NCBI GenBank assembly: GCA_964588165.1
Contig: CAZPMS010000003.1
Span: 10,031 to 74,030 of the forward strand
DNA: 64,000 nucleotides
Direction: 5' to 3'
From: an uncultured Gammaproteobacteria bacterium
Lineage (GTDB): Bacteria > Patescibacteriota > Patescibacteriia > UBA1558 > UBA10009
This document shows positions 1 through 9,379 of the stretch, one piece after another. Numbering within the stretch: position 1 is the stretch's first letter; each line of letters opens with the position of its first letter. A program made the translations under genes and the position numbers. The notes beneath the pieces were generated by a model. It had not been told where the DNA came from. It saw only the letters and a program-made list of their open reading frames with translations, and searched no databases.

Positions 1-920
1 AAACCCAGCCCACTTTTTACAGGCTGCACAAAAAAAAGGCAGGCACTCCAACAATGGGCGGAGTGATAATTTGGCTGTCTGTTTTAATTTTAGCCCTTGC
101 CACTTTTTATTTATCAAAAATAATACCTTCCGATCTTATTAGGAACCTTAATTTTTTAACCAGGTCAGAAACCCTTTTGCCGCTTGGTGCCTTGGTTGCT
201 TCTGCCTTAGTGGGTTTAGTGGATGATTGGCTTGGTGTAAAAGGCATTGGAAAAAACGGCGGCGGATTAAGAATAAAACACCGGCTGCTTATCTACACAG
301 CCATTGCCATGGTGGGAGCCTATTGGTTTTATTTTAAGCTAGACTGGGATGTTTTACATATTCCTTTTTTAGGAAATTTTGAAATCGGCTGGTGGTATAT
401 CCCGATTTTTATTTTTATTCTGGTAGCTTCTGCTTTCTCGGTGAATGAAACTGATGGGCTGGATGGGCTGGCCGGCGGTGTGCTTTTAACCAGCTTTGGC
501 AGCATGGGTGCTATTTCATTTATTCTTGGCAAATACGATCTTGCCACTTTTTGTGCAGTAATAGTTGGCGCACTTTTAGCCTTTTTATGGTTTAACATTA
601 ATCCGGCCAGATTTTTTATGGGCGATACCGGGGCCATGTCACTCGGTATTACTTTAGGAATTGTAGCCATGTTAACCAATACTGCTCTCTATTTACCAAT
701 AATTGGTGCTGTTTTAGTAATTGAATCCTTATCGGTAATAATCCAAATGGTCTACAAAAAAATTACCGGTGGTAAGAAGGTTTTTTTATCTTCGCCGATC
801 CACCACCATTTTGAGGCTAAGGGATGGTCAGAACCCAAAGTGGTTATGCGTTTTTGGGTAATTTCCGGAGTTACATCGGTAATTGGATTTATCCTTTTCT
901 TATTAGATAAAGCTTGGTAG
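1..920 (+). CDS. mraY: Phospho-N-acetylmuramoyl-pentapeptide transferase MraY; 5' end runs off the window (frame is open from position 3, the first in-frame codon position)
   Basis: Polytopic membrane protein with the MraY signature NETDGLDGLAGG and a GDTGAMSLG-type motif. Sits at the head of a murD-ftsW-murG-murC-murB block. No stop codon upstream of the annotated Met at position 54. Confidence 0.85.
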   Translation, partial: TQPTFYRLHKKKAGTPTMGGVIIWLSVLILALATFYLSKIIPSDLIRNLNFLTRSETLLPLGALVASALVGLVDDWLGVKGIGKNGGGLRIKHRLLIYTAIAMVGAYWFYFKLDWDVLHIPFLGNFEIGWWYIPIFIFILVASAFSVNETDGLDGLAGGVLLTSFGSMGAISFILGKYDLATFCAVIVGALLAFLWFNINPARFFMGDTGAMSLGITLGIVAMLTNTALYLPIIGAVLVIESLSVIIQMVYKKITGGKKVFLSSPIHHHFEAKGWSEPKVVMRFWVISGVTSVIGFILFLLDKAW

Positions 921-964
921 TTGATATATACTGCTGAAACGAAATATTTTAAGAACATTATTAT

Positions 965-1522
965 ATGGAAAATACTAGACTTGAAAATGAGATTATAGAA
1001 ATAATATCAAAATCACCAGTTAAAACTGATTTACCTCATGCAAAATCAACTAGAAAATGGATTCTGAAATTAAAACCCGACGCAGATTATGCTCTTCAAA
1101 TTTCTGCTTTGGCACATGATATAGAAAGAGGTTTAGAACCTGATTATCATAATAAAACCAAAGAAAAATTCGATAACTATAAAGAACATAAACGTATACA
1201 CTCTGAAAAAAGTGCAAAAGTTATAGTTGAACTACTAGAAAAGTATAATTTTGATAAAGAATTTATTTCTAAAGTTAAACATCTGGTTTTAAAACATGAA
1301 TTTGGTGGTGATTTTGAATCTAATCTTTTAATGGATGCAGATAGTATTTCTTTTTTTGAAGAAAACTTAGTACAATACCATGAGAAATATGGAGAAGAAA
1401 AGACGAGAAAAAAGATTAAATTTATGTATAATAGGATGTCTGATAAAGCAAAAAGTTTAGTCAAAAATATTCAATATGATAATTCTAAATTAAATCTCAT
1501 TCTCAAGGAAGAAACTTCTTAA
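965..1522 (+). CDS. Hypothetical protein, possibly an HD-domain phosphohydrolase-like fold
   Basis: 185-aa ORF with an H...HD-like motif (ISALAHDIERG). Lys/Glu-rich. No stronger match recognised. Confidence 0.35.
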   Translation: MENTRLENEIIEIISKSPVKTDLPHAKSTRKWILKLKPDADYALQISALAHDIERGLEPDYHNKTKEKFDNYKEHKRIHSEKSAKVIVELLEKYNFDKEFISKVKHLVLKHEFGGDFESNLLMDADSISFFEENLVQYHEKYGEEKTRKKIKFMYNRMSDKAKSLVKNIQYDNSKLNLILKEETS

Positions 1523-1576
1523 TTTCGTAAGAGATAAATTGAAAAATATTTTTAAACAGAGTACAACACCCCATAA

Positions 1577-2899
1577 ATGAAACTATCTGACTTAAATAAT
1601 AAAAAAATAGCTTTCTTGGGGCTAGGGATTGAAAATGTATCCCTAGTTAAATTTTTATTATCAAAAAAGATAAAGGCTGATTTTACTATTTGTGATCAAC
1701 GTTCAAAAACACAGCTTCAATTAAGATATACCGGTTTTTCAAAAAATAAAAAAATAAAATGGCAGCTGGGTAAAAACTATGATTCTAACTTAGAAAGTTT
1801 TGATATTATCATAAGGTCGCCCGGTTATCCTTTATTCACAAAAAATATTTTAAAGGCAAAAAAAGCTGGAACGAAAATTACCAGCCCCATTAAGTTATTT
1901 TTTTCAATATCTCCAACCAAAAACATTATTGGCGTAACCGGCACTAAGGGGAAGGGGACAACCGCTTCCTTAATCCATTTTATTTTAAAATCAGCAGGTA
2001 AAGATTCTTACATTGGCGGCAATATAGGCATTCCGGTTTTTGACTTTTTTAAAAAGCTTAAAAAAAACAGCTGGGTGGTTTTAGAACTCTCCAGTTTTCA
2101 CTTAGAGGATTTAGATGTTAGCCCAAAAATTTCTGTAATCACAAACTTTTACAAAGAGCATTTAGCTCCAGCCGACACCTACAATCCTAATTTCCACAAA
2201 TCTTTAGCAGGTTATTGGAAATCAAAACTCAATATTGCCAAGCTTTTAGATAAAAAAAATATTACCATAGTCAATAAATCATTAAAGAAAAAAATTCAAG
2301 GCAAAAAATTAAATTCCAAAATAATTTATTTCTCAAAATCTAATTTACCATCTAAGCTAGTAGGGGAGCATAATAAAGAAAATATTGATGCAGCAATTAA
2401 AGTTGCAAAACTTATTGGTATTAAAGAAAAAAATATTGCCGATTCTGTTACAAAATTTAAAGGCCTGGAGCACAGGCTCGAATTTGTTAAAAAAACCAAA
2501 CAGGTTAAATTTTTTAATGATAGTTTTGCCACTACCGAAGAAAGTGCCATTACGGCAATTGAATCATTTAATCAGCCAATAATTTTATTAGCCGGTGGCG
2601 CTGATAAAGGAGCTGACTTTAAAAAATTAGTTAAAAAAATTAAGAACAAAGTAAAATATGTAGTTTTGTTTGATGGTGATGCCACGCCTAAGCTTAAAAA
2701 GGCTTTATTATCCATTAATTATTCAAAAACCAGCCTTAAAACCGTACACAACATGAAGCAGGCTGTAAAAACAAGTTTCTTAGCTTCTAAACCAAATGAT
2801 ATCATTCTGCTATCACCGGCCTGTGCCAGTTTTGGCATGTTTAAAAATTATAAAGAGCGCGGAAAACTATTTAAAAAAGAGGTAAAACTCCTAAAATAG
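1577..2899 (+). CDS. murD: UDP-N-acetylmuramoylalanine--D-glutamate ligase
   Basis: Mur-ligase P-loop GVTGTKGKGTT. Lies between mraY and ftsW. 440 aa. Confidence 0.85.
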   Translation: MKLSDLNNKKIAFLGLGIENVSLVKFLLSKKIKADFTICDQRSKTQLQLRYTGFSKNKKIKWQLGKNYDSNLESFDIIIRSPGYPLFTKNILKAKKAGTKITSPIKLFFSISPTKNIIGVTGTKGKGTTASLIHFILKSAGKDSYIGGNIGIPVFDFFKKLKKNSWVVLELSSFHLEDLDVSPKISVITNFYKEHLAPADTYNPNFHKSLAGYWKSKLNIAKLLDKKNITIVNKSLKKKIQGKKLNSKIIYFSKSNLPSKLVGEHNKENIDAAIKVAKLIGIKEKNIADSVTKFKGLEHRLEFVKKTKQVKFFNDSFATTEESAITAIESFNQPIILLAGGADKGADFKKLVKKIKNKVKYVVLFDGDATPKLKKALLSINYSKTSLKTVHNMKQAVKTSFLASKPNDIILLSPACASFGMFKNYKERGKLFKKEVKLLK

Positions 2900-2900
2900 T

Positions 2901-4067
2901 ATGAGAAAAAAAAGCTTGTCAGAAAAAATAAAAGATCTAATTGCTTATCCCTTGGGACATAAGTTTTATAATCATGGTCCCGATATTATTTTATTGGTAA
3001 CTTTGGGGCTGATAATTCTTTTTGGCCTAATGATGCTTTCTTCGGCCAGCTCTGTCCAAGCTTTCCAAAAATTCGGCGATAGTTATTATTTTTTCAAAAA
3101 TCAACTTTTAAAAGGTCTAATTCCGGGCCTGATTGCTTTTTATATTGCCTCCCGTATAGACTATAGAACTTGGAAAAAATATGCCTTTGTTATGCTGATA
3201 GTTTCTGTAGTTTTATTGATTTTGGTTTTTATACCAGGGTTTGGCGTAAGTTATGGCAAAGCCCAAAGCTGGCTTAAGATAGGGCCTATTGGTTTCCAAC
3301 CCACAGAAATTGTTAAGTTAACTTTTTTAGTTTATCTGGCTACTTGGCTAGAAAAAAGAGGGGAAAGGGGATTAAAAGACCCACAATACGGCTTATTGCC
3401 ATTTTTATTTGCTATGGGCGTAATTAGTTTTTTAATATTGGCCCAACCGGATATGGGCACTTTAATGATTATTATCGCCATTAGCTTTATAATTTATTTT
3501 ATTGCCGGCGCGCCTCCTAAATATATTCTTGGCATTACTGCCGGCGCTTTGGTTATTTTATTTATAGCTATTCAGGTGGCGCCTTACCGCCTGGCCAGAT
3601 TTACCACCTTTTTTAATGCAGATGCAGACCCACAAGGAGTTGGTTACCACATTAGCCAATCAAAGCTGGCTATCGGTTCTGGCGGCCTAATCGGCCTGGG
3701 CATTGGCAAATCACGCCAAAAATTCAATTACTTGCCAGAAGTTTATGGTGATTCTATTTTTGCCATTATTGCCGAAGAAATGGGTTTTGTTTTTTCCATA
3801 ATTTTAGTTTTATTATTCTTAACTTTTGCCATAAGGGGACTTAAAATAGGCCGGGCTTCTCCCGATATGTTCGCGAAACTACTGGCCATTGGCATAACCA
3901 GTTGGATAACTTTCCAAGCTTTCATTAATATTGGCGCCATGGTAGGCTTACTACCGTTAACAGGAATTCCTTTGCCATTTATAAGTTATGGCGGAACTTC
4001 GCTTACAATTTCTTTATTTGCGGTTGGTATTTTAATAAATATTTCCAAACAAACTAAAACTGTTTAA
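2901..4067 (+). CDS. ftsW: Peptidoglycan glycosyltransferase FtsW (SEDS family)
   Basis: About 10-TM SEDS protein with a conserved C-terminal block (PLPFISYGGTSL). dcw-cluster context. Confidence 0.85.
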   Translation: MRKKSLSEKIKDLIAYPLGHKFYNHGPDIILLVTLGLIILFGLMMLSSASSVQAFQKFGDSYYFFKNQLLKGLIPGLIAFYIASRIDYRTWKKYAFVMLIVSVVLLILVFIPGFGVSYGKAQSWLKIGPIGFQPTEIVKLTFLVYLATWLEKRGERGLKDPQYGLLPFLFAMGVISFLILAQPDMGTLMIIIAISFIIYFIAGAPPKYILGITAGALVILFIAIQVAPYRLARFTTFFNADADPQGVGYHISQSKLAIGSGGLIGLGIGKSRQKFNYLPEVYGDSIFAIIAEEMGFVFSIILVLLFLTFAIRGLKIGRASPDMFAKLLAIGITSWITFQAFINIGAMVGLLPLTGIPLPFISYGGTSLTISLFAVGILINISKQTKTV

Positions 4068-4107
4068 AAAAACTTGTCATTTAACAATTCAACAGGAGGA
4101 TAGGGGG

Positions 4108-4899
4108 ATGAAAAAAGCCTTCTTTTTTATTTTGATTTTTCTTCTTCCTCTCCAAATTACTGGCCAGGAAGAACGGATTATCTCCGAAGATTTAAGGTAT
4201 GATGTTTGGAAGATTGTTGTAGTGGCTAAAGCCAATTTTACAACTTCCAGCATTGGCAACGTCCACCAAATCAGCTATAACGGCAAAACCACAACCTTGG
4301 GTTGGATTATAAGCAAACTGGCTGGAAAAAAATTAATTCATAAAGAGGGTATTTGCACTTATAATCCTCAAACAGGCTTGCCTTTAGAGTTCCATCACTT
4401 TGACCGTGACCTAAACCGTTCACAAACCTGGCTGATTAATCAAGCAGAAAGTGTTTATCACACGTCATTCAACCACGGTGTTTTGCAAAGCAAAACTACG
4501 CATTACTTAAACGGCCATAATGTTCATGATATTCTAAGTGCTTTGCTTTATTTCAGAAAGCACTTAATTAATGAGTGGTCGCCCAGCGAAAAAGATGACT
4601 CTATCAACATGTTAGTTGTAAATAGTTCTACAGTTATCCAGGTGCCTATTATTTATTTGGGTAAACATGATGTTAAAATAAGGAATCAGAGGTTTAGCAC
4701 TCAACTATTTGATATTAACATCGGTAGCTTGGGCGAACAGCTTTTTGGCGGAGAAGGAAGCCTAAAGATGTATTGCACAACCGATAGTCTTCATTTACCA
4801 GTTAAAATGATGGCTAAAGTTAAAATAAACGGCAATCTCTTAGACATTTCAGCTAATCTAAACCTAGAAAGATCTTTTATTCCCAACTACAAACCTTAA
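4108..4899 (+). CDS. Hypothetical secreted protein with an N-terminal signal peptide
   Basis: Hydrophobic N-terminus MKKAFFFILIFLLPLQITG. Inserted between ftsW and murG. Good RBS (aggagga). Confidence 0.5.
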   Translation: MKKAFFFILIFLLPLQITGQEERIISEDLRYDVWKIVVVAKANFTTSSIGNVHQISYNGKTTTLGWIISKLAGKKLIHKEGICTYNPQTGLPLEFHHFDRDLNRSQTWLINQAESVYHTSFNHGVLQSKTTHYLNGHNVHDILSALLYFRKHLINEWSPSEKDDSINMLVVNSSTVIQVPIIYLGKHDVKIRNQRFSTQLFDINIGSLGEQLFGGEGSLKMYCTTDSLHLPVKMMAKVKINGNLLDISANLNLERSFIPNYKP

Positions 4900-4975
4900 A
4901 ACCCGTTTTTGAGCAAATTCATAGCGGGTTTTTTTATTTATTGATTTTTAATCATTTTTAAGTTATATTTGCTTC

Positions 4976-6013
4976 ATGAAAATTGTTTTAACTGGTGGCG
5001 GAACACTGGGTTCTGTTAGCCCGCTAATCGCCGTTTGGCAACAACTGGTAAAAAGGGATAATAGCCTAGAAACTTTATTTTTAGGTACTTTTTCCGGTCC
5101 TGAAAAAAACTTTTTAAATCAGTATTCTGATATTAAATTTAAACCAATTCCATCAGGCAAATTAAGAAGGTATTTTAGCCTTAAAAACTTTATAGATCCG
5201 TTTTTAATTGCAGCTGGCTTTTTTAGTTCATTTTTCATTTTATTAAAATTTAAGCCACAGGTAATTTTTTCAGCAGGAGGTTTTGTTTCGGTGCCTGTTA
5301 TTTTTGCCGGAAAACTTTTGGGTATAAAAATAATAATCCATCAGCTTGATATTGAGCCAACATTAAGTAACAAACTGGTACAAAATAAAGCTGATAAAAT
5401 TACGGTAACTTTTGAAAAATCCCTAAATGACTTTCCTAAAGAAAAAACAGTCTTGGTCGGTTCAGTCTTACGAGACGAAATTAAAAATTTGTCTCTTGTT
5501 TCTTGTCCCTTGTCTCTTTTGATCCTCGGTGGTGGTACCGGAGCATTAAGTTTAAATAAATTAATCCAACAAACCGTTCCTTTGCTTTCTAAAAAAATAA
5601 AAATTCACCACGTAACCGGCAAAGGCAAACAAACTAAAATCAAATCAGATAATTACCATCAATATGAATTACTAACTGATGATTATTATCAAAAAATTAC
5701 TGAAGCCAGCATGATTATTACCAGGGCCGGACTTTCAACTTTAATGGAACTTTCTTATTTAGCTAAGCCTTCAATCATCATACCCATACCTGATTCTCAC
5801 CAAGTAGCCAACGCTAAATATTTTTCGGATAAAAATGGAGGTATATATTTAGAGCAAAACAAATTATCGCCTCAAATTTGGGCTAATAAAATCAAAGCGC
5901 TTCTAGGAGATGAAAATAAAATAAAGGCATTAGGGAAATCAATTAATACTTCCATAAATCATGGTGGTGAAACTAAAATTGCAAATCTAATTTATGAATT
6001 CAAACAAAAATAA
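4976..6013 (+). CDS. murG: Undecaprenyl-PP-MurNAc-pentapeptide-UDPGlcNAc GlcNAc transferase
   Basis: GT28 N- and C-terminal halves (GGTLGS... and LGGGTGA motifs). dcw context. Confidence 0.85.
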   Translation: MKIVLTGGGTLGSVSPLIAVWQQLVKRDNSLETLFLGTFSGPEKNFLNQYSDIKFKPIPSGKLRRYFSLKNFIDPFLIAAGFFSSFFILLKFKPQVIFSAGGFVSVPVIFAGKLLGIKIIIHQLDIEPTLSNKLVQNKADKITVTFEKSLNDFPKEKTVLVGSVLRDEIKNLSLVSCPLSLLILGGGTGALSLNKLIQQTVPLLSKKIKIHHVTGKGKQTKIKSDNYHQYELLTDDYYQKITEASMIITRAGLSTLMELSYLAKPSIIIPIPDSHQVANAKYFSDKNGGIYLEQNKLSPQIWANKIKALLGDENKIKALGKSINTSINHGGETKIANLIYEFKQK

Positions 6014-6037
6014 AAAAGGTGCCCATTTTTGAACACC

Positions 6038-6445
6038 TTACGCAAATACTCTTTTATTCTTAAAGAGATTTACAAAATAGATAATTGCCATAACCATTAA
6101 TAGAAAATCAATCGTTGACAATGATACACTGGAAATCTGAATATCAAACAAGTAGATTGAAATTCTACTAATAAACGGCTCTTTAATTGCTACTGAAACT
6201 TTGTCTGCATTTCTTAGATAGTTCTCCAGCATAGTTAATGGACAATCACCACAAATTAAATTTGCAGGGAAAATACATAGCATTAAGCTGAAGCTAAGAT
6301 TCATGAATATAATTGTCCTTTTACTTGCCTGATTAACCAGCCTTCTGAAAACATAATAAACGTAAGTGGTAATTCCTGATAAAATCAAAAATATGTAGAT
6401 AAGATGAATTGATGCCACTATTCCAGCAAAAATTTTGAGTAGCAA
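6038..6445 (-). CDS. Small 4-TM membrane protein with a CxxC motif; possibly a DsbB/BdbC-like thiol-disulfide oxidoreductase
   Basis: 135 aa, hydrophobic, with ICGDCP in a loop. Convergent with murG and shares a hairpin terminator with it at 6010-6040. Confidence 0.4.
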   Translation of the reverse strand: MLLKIFAGIVASIHLIYIFLILSGITTYVYYVFRRLVNQASKRTIIFMNLSFSLMLCIFPANLICGDCPLTMLENYLRNADKVSVAIKEPFISRISIYLFDIQISSVSLSTIDFLLMVMAIIYFVNLFKNKRVFA

Positions 6446-6526
6446 TTTACACCTCCCATTTAATGAATAATTTTTAAATGTTATGCAATGATTTTAAAGA
6501 ATAATATCTAATTAGTCAATTTAAAA

Positions 6527-7900
6527 ATGGATTTAGCTAAAATTAAAAAAGTCCACTTAATAGGCATTGGAGGCATTGGAGTTTCTGCTATTGCCAAGCT
6601 TTTTTTGCATCATAAAAAAAAGGTTATTGGCTCTGATGTTCACTTAACAGAAATTACTGATGAACTTACAAACAGGGGAGTAACAATTTATAACAGCCAT
6701 CAACCAGGCAATTTAGCAGAAGATACCAGCTTAGTTGTTTTTTCACCGGCTGTACCGCCTGATAATCCTGAAAGGGCAAAAGCCAAAAAATTAAATATAG
6801 AACAGCTAAGTTATCCCGAATTTTTGGGTGAGCTTTCCCTTAAGTACCAAACTATTGCAATTTCCGGAACCAACGGCAAGTCCACCACTACCGCTATGGT
6901 TGGAAAAATTTTTGAAGCCGCCGGTTTTGATCCAACTGTAATAGTGGGCACCCAGGTTCCCGGTTTTGACGGAAACTTAAGAATTGGTAAATCCAGCTTT
7001 TTAATAGTAGAAGCCTGTGAATGGAAGGCACATATGCTTAAACTGGCACCGCAAACCATAGTTTTAACCAATTTAGAAGAAGACCATCTGGATTTTTACA
7101 AGGATTTGGATGATATTAAACACCATTTTCAAAAATTTATTGACCTTTTGCCAATTAAAGACGGGCTACTGGTTTATAACGGTAATGATGAAAATTTAAA
7201 ATCTTTAACTAAAGAAAAAGGCTATCAAATTGCTGGCTGGTCAGTTGATGAGGCTAAAATTGAAACTAAAAATAAAAAACAGCACTTTCAATATAATAAA
7301 ACTGATTTTACTCTGCAAATTCCAGGAAAATATAATGTAGCCAATGCCTTAGCAGCCATTACTGTGGCTAGGCAATATAATATTTCTGATGTAATTATAA
7401 AAAAAGCTTTGCCTGAATTTCCCAACTGTTGGAGAAGATTTGAAATTTTGGGCGCTGTAAAAAATAAAGCTAATACTTTATTAATATCAGACTATGCCCA
7501 TCATCCGGATGCCTTGGAGGGTTTATTAAAAGCAACTAAAAATTTTTATCCAGCCAACAGATTATTTGTAATTTTCCAGCCCCACCACTTTGATAGAACC
7601 TATAAATTATTTGGGGATTTTGTAAAAAGCTTTTCCGAAGCTGATTTAATTTTAATAAATGAAGTTTATGATGTAGCCGGCCGTAAAAAGGATGGGATTA
7701 GGACTGTTGGCTCGCAAAAGATGGTTAAAGAAGTTCAAAAAATAAATCCGGGAAAAGAAGTTATATTTTCGGCAGATTTAAAAAAAACAGAGCAGATAAT
7801 TTTAGAAAAAGTTAAAGAAAATGATATAGTTCTAATAGTAGGCGCGGGGGATATAGATGAAGTAGCCAGAAATTTAACAAAAAAATCCTCCGATATATAA
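6527..7900 (+). CDS. murC: UDP-N-acetylmuramate--L-alanine ligase
   Basis: GIGGIGVSAIA and GTNGKSTTTAM motifs. 457 aa. Confidence 0.9.
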   Translation: MDLAKIKKVHLIGIGGIGVSAIAKLFLHHKKKVIGSDVHLTEITDELTNRGVTIYNSHQPGNLAEDTSLVVFSPAVPPDNPERAKAKKLNIEQLSYPEFLGELSLKYQTIAISGTNGKSTTTAMVGKIFEAAGFDPTVIVGTQVPGFDGNLRIGKSSFLIVEACEWKAHMLKLAPQTIVLTNLEEDHLDFYKDLDDIKHHFQKFIDLLPIKDGLLVYNGNDENLKSLTKEKGYQIAGWSVDEAKIETKNKKQHFQYNKTDFTLQIPGKYNVANALAAITVARQYNISDVIIKKALPEFPNCWRRFEILGAVKNKANTLLISDYAHHPDALEGLLKATKNFYPANRLFVIFQPHHFDRTYKLFGDFVKSFSEADLILINEVYDVAGRKKDGIRTVGSQKMVKEVQKINPGKEVIFSADLKKTEQIILEKVKENDIVLIVGAGDIDEVARNLTKKSSDI

Positions 7901-7930
7901 TCAGAGGATGTTGGACTTACATCAAACTTG

Positions 7931-8167
7931 TTACCTCCAACGACCAGCATGTGTTGCTGATTCCACTTGTCCGTTGCCAAAATCGACACTTATTTTCCAG
8001 TTACAGCCATTAAGGCCAAAATTACAGCTGACCAGACTAATTTCTACATTATTTTCAGCTGATACAGCTTTGATCCTCCTTTGTAAATCTTCCTCGCAGT
8101 TTGCTCCGAGAGCAACGTCATCACGGATAGTAAATATTCGAGTATTTCCTGCAGTATCTACCGGCAT
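7931..8167 (-). CDS. Small Cys-rich hypothetical protein (78 aa) on a GC-rich insert between murC and murB
   Basis: RBS ggagg 6 nt upstream of the ATG (reverse complement of 8168-8185). A TTGACA -35 on the - strand at about 8217-8222. Local GC is clearly above the flanks. The opposite-strand ORF 7908..8201 is low-complexity. Confidence 0.4.
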   Translation of the reverse strand: MPVDTAGNTRIFTIRDDVALGANCEEDLQRRIKAVSAENNVEISLVSCNFGLNGCNWKISVDFGNGQVESATHAGRWR

Positions 8168-8237
8168 TTCTCCTCCAAGGGCTAGTTCACGTTCTCGGTA
8201 ATTTAAACCTAACTATTAATAAACAATTTGTCAATAT

Positions 8238-9191
8238 ATGCTAAATCCATTTAATAACCCAAAGGTTTTAGAAAACGAACCATTAAAAAACCATACTACT
8301 TTCCAAATTGGCGGTCCGGCCAAGTATTTTGTTGAATTATCTGAAACTGATGATTTAATCAATATCTTAAAAACTGCCAAAGATAATAAAATCTCTTATA
8401 TTTTTATTGGCGGCGGTAGTAATCTTTTGGTCAGCGACGACGGATTTGATGGCTTGGTAATAAAAATAAAGCCCTATAATATAAAAATTAACGGAACTGG
8501 AGTAGAAGTTGATGCAGGTTATCCTTTGGCCGGTTTAATAATGGAATGTCTAGACAACCAACTGACTGGCTTGGAATTTGCCGCCGGCGTACCCGGAACA
8601 GTTGGTGGTGCTATAAAAGGCAATGCTGGCACTTACGGTGAAGCTATGGATAAAGTAATTAAAGAAGTAACTTATCTTGATGAAAATTTAGAAGTTAAAA
8701 CTTTAAATAAAAAAGATTGTAGTTTTTCTTATAGGCACAGTATTTTTAAGGAAAATGAAAAATGGTTAATAATTTCAGCAATTTTGACGCTAGAAAAAGA
8801 TGGCAAAGAAGCTTCAAAAAAATTAATTGATGAAAGAATCCAAAAGCGGATGGATTCTCAGCCATATGGCCAACCTTCAGCCGGCTGTGCTTTTAAAAAT
8901 ATTATATACACTGATGAAATTGCCAAAAAAATGGAATCATTAGGCTGGGAACTTTCTGATAAATTCAAAAAATATAAAAAAATACCAGCAGCTTTTGTTA
9001 TTGAACAATTAGGTTTAAAAGGCAAAACAATTGGCAAGGCTCAAATCTCGGCCAAACATGCCAACTATATTGTAAATTTAGGTGGAGCAACCGCTGATGA
9101 TGTAGTCCAATTGATAAGTTATATTAAACAACAAGTAAGGGATAAAGTTGGCGTTCAGCTCCAGGAAGAAGTGAGGTATTTTGGTTTTTAA
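8238..9191 (+). CDS. murB: UDP-N-acetylenolpyruvoylglucosamine reductase
   Basis: FAD-binding N-terminus (FQIGGPAKYF), MurB C-terminal domain, dcw context. Confidence 0.85.
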   Translation: MLNPFNNPKVLENEPLKNHTTFQIGGPAKYFVELSETDDLINILKTAKDNKISYIFIGGGSNLLVSDDGFDGLVIKIKPYNIKINGTGVEVDAGYPLAGLIMECLDNQLTGLEFAAGVPGTVGGAIKGNAGTYGEAMDKVIKEVTYLDENLEVKTLNKKDCSFSYRHSIFKENEKWLIISAILTLEKDGKEASKKLIDERIQKRMDSQPYGQPSAGCAFKNIIYTDEIAKKMESLGWELSDKFKKYKKIPAAFVIEQLGLKGKTIGKAQISAKHANYIVNLGGATADDVVQLISYIKQQVRDKVGVQLQEEVRYFGF

Positions 9192-9193
9192 TA

Positions 9194-9226
9194 AACCGAG
9201 AATAAATTTCTCGGCTTCGTTTTTTT
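9194..9226 (+). terminator. Intrinsic terminator of murB
   Basis: Hairpin aaccgagaataaatttctcggctt followed by a T-run. Confidence 0.6.
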
Positions 9227-9339
9227 CTCCGAAATAGAACCTTTATAGTTCTGTCTAAGCGAACCATGAAGGTTCGCCTTCGTTTCTTGTGTCCGTAACA
9301 GAGGAACTTGTCCTCTAGAATTCATCTGTTTTAAATAAG

Positions 9340-9373
9340 AAAAAGACCTCCGGTGGAATGGAAGTCTTTTTGG
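9340..9373. terminator. Bidirectional hairpin terminator, probably serving prs on the - strand
   Basis: gacctccggtggaatggaagtc stem flanked by an A-run and a T-run. It is the last of a stack of five hairpins in 9194-9373. Confidence 0.45.
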
Positions 9374-9379
9374 TTTGGT

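Noticed and set aside
329-679. 116-aa - strand ORF inside mraY
   Set aside because: It is antisense to a well-supported conserved gene and has no RBS. It is a typical shadow ORF. The same judgement applies to the other antisense ORFs inside secA, secD, lysS, serS, deoA and the FAD-oxidoreductase gene.
7908-8201. 97-aa + strand ORF between murC and murB
   Set aside because: The product is low-complexity (P/S/L/R-rich) with no RBS. The opposite-strand 78-aa ORF has an RBS and a promoter and is the more plausible gene.
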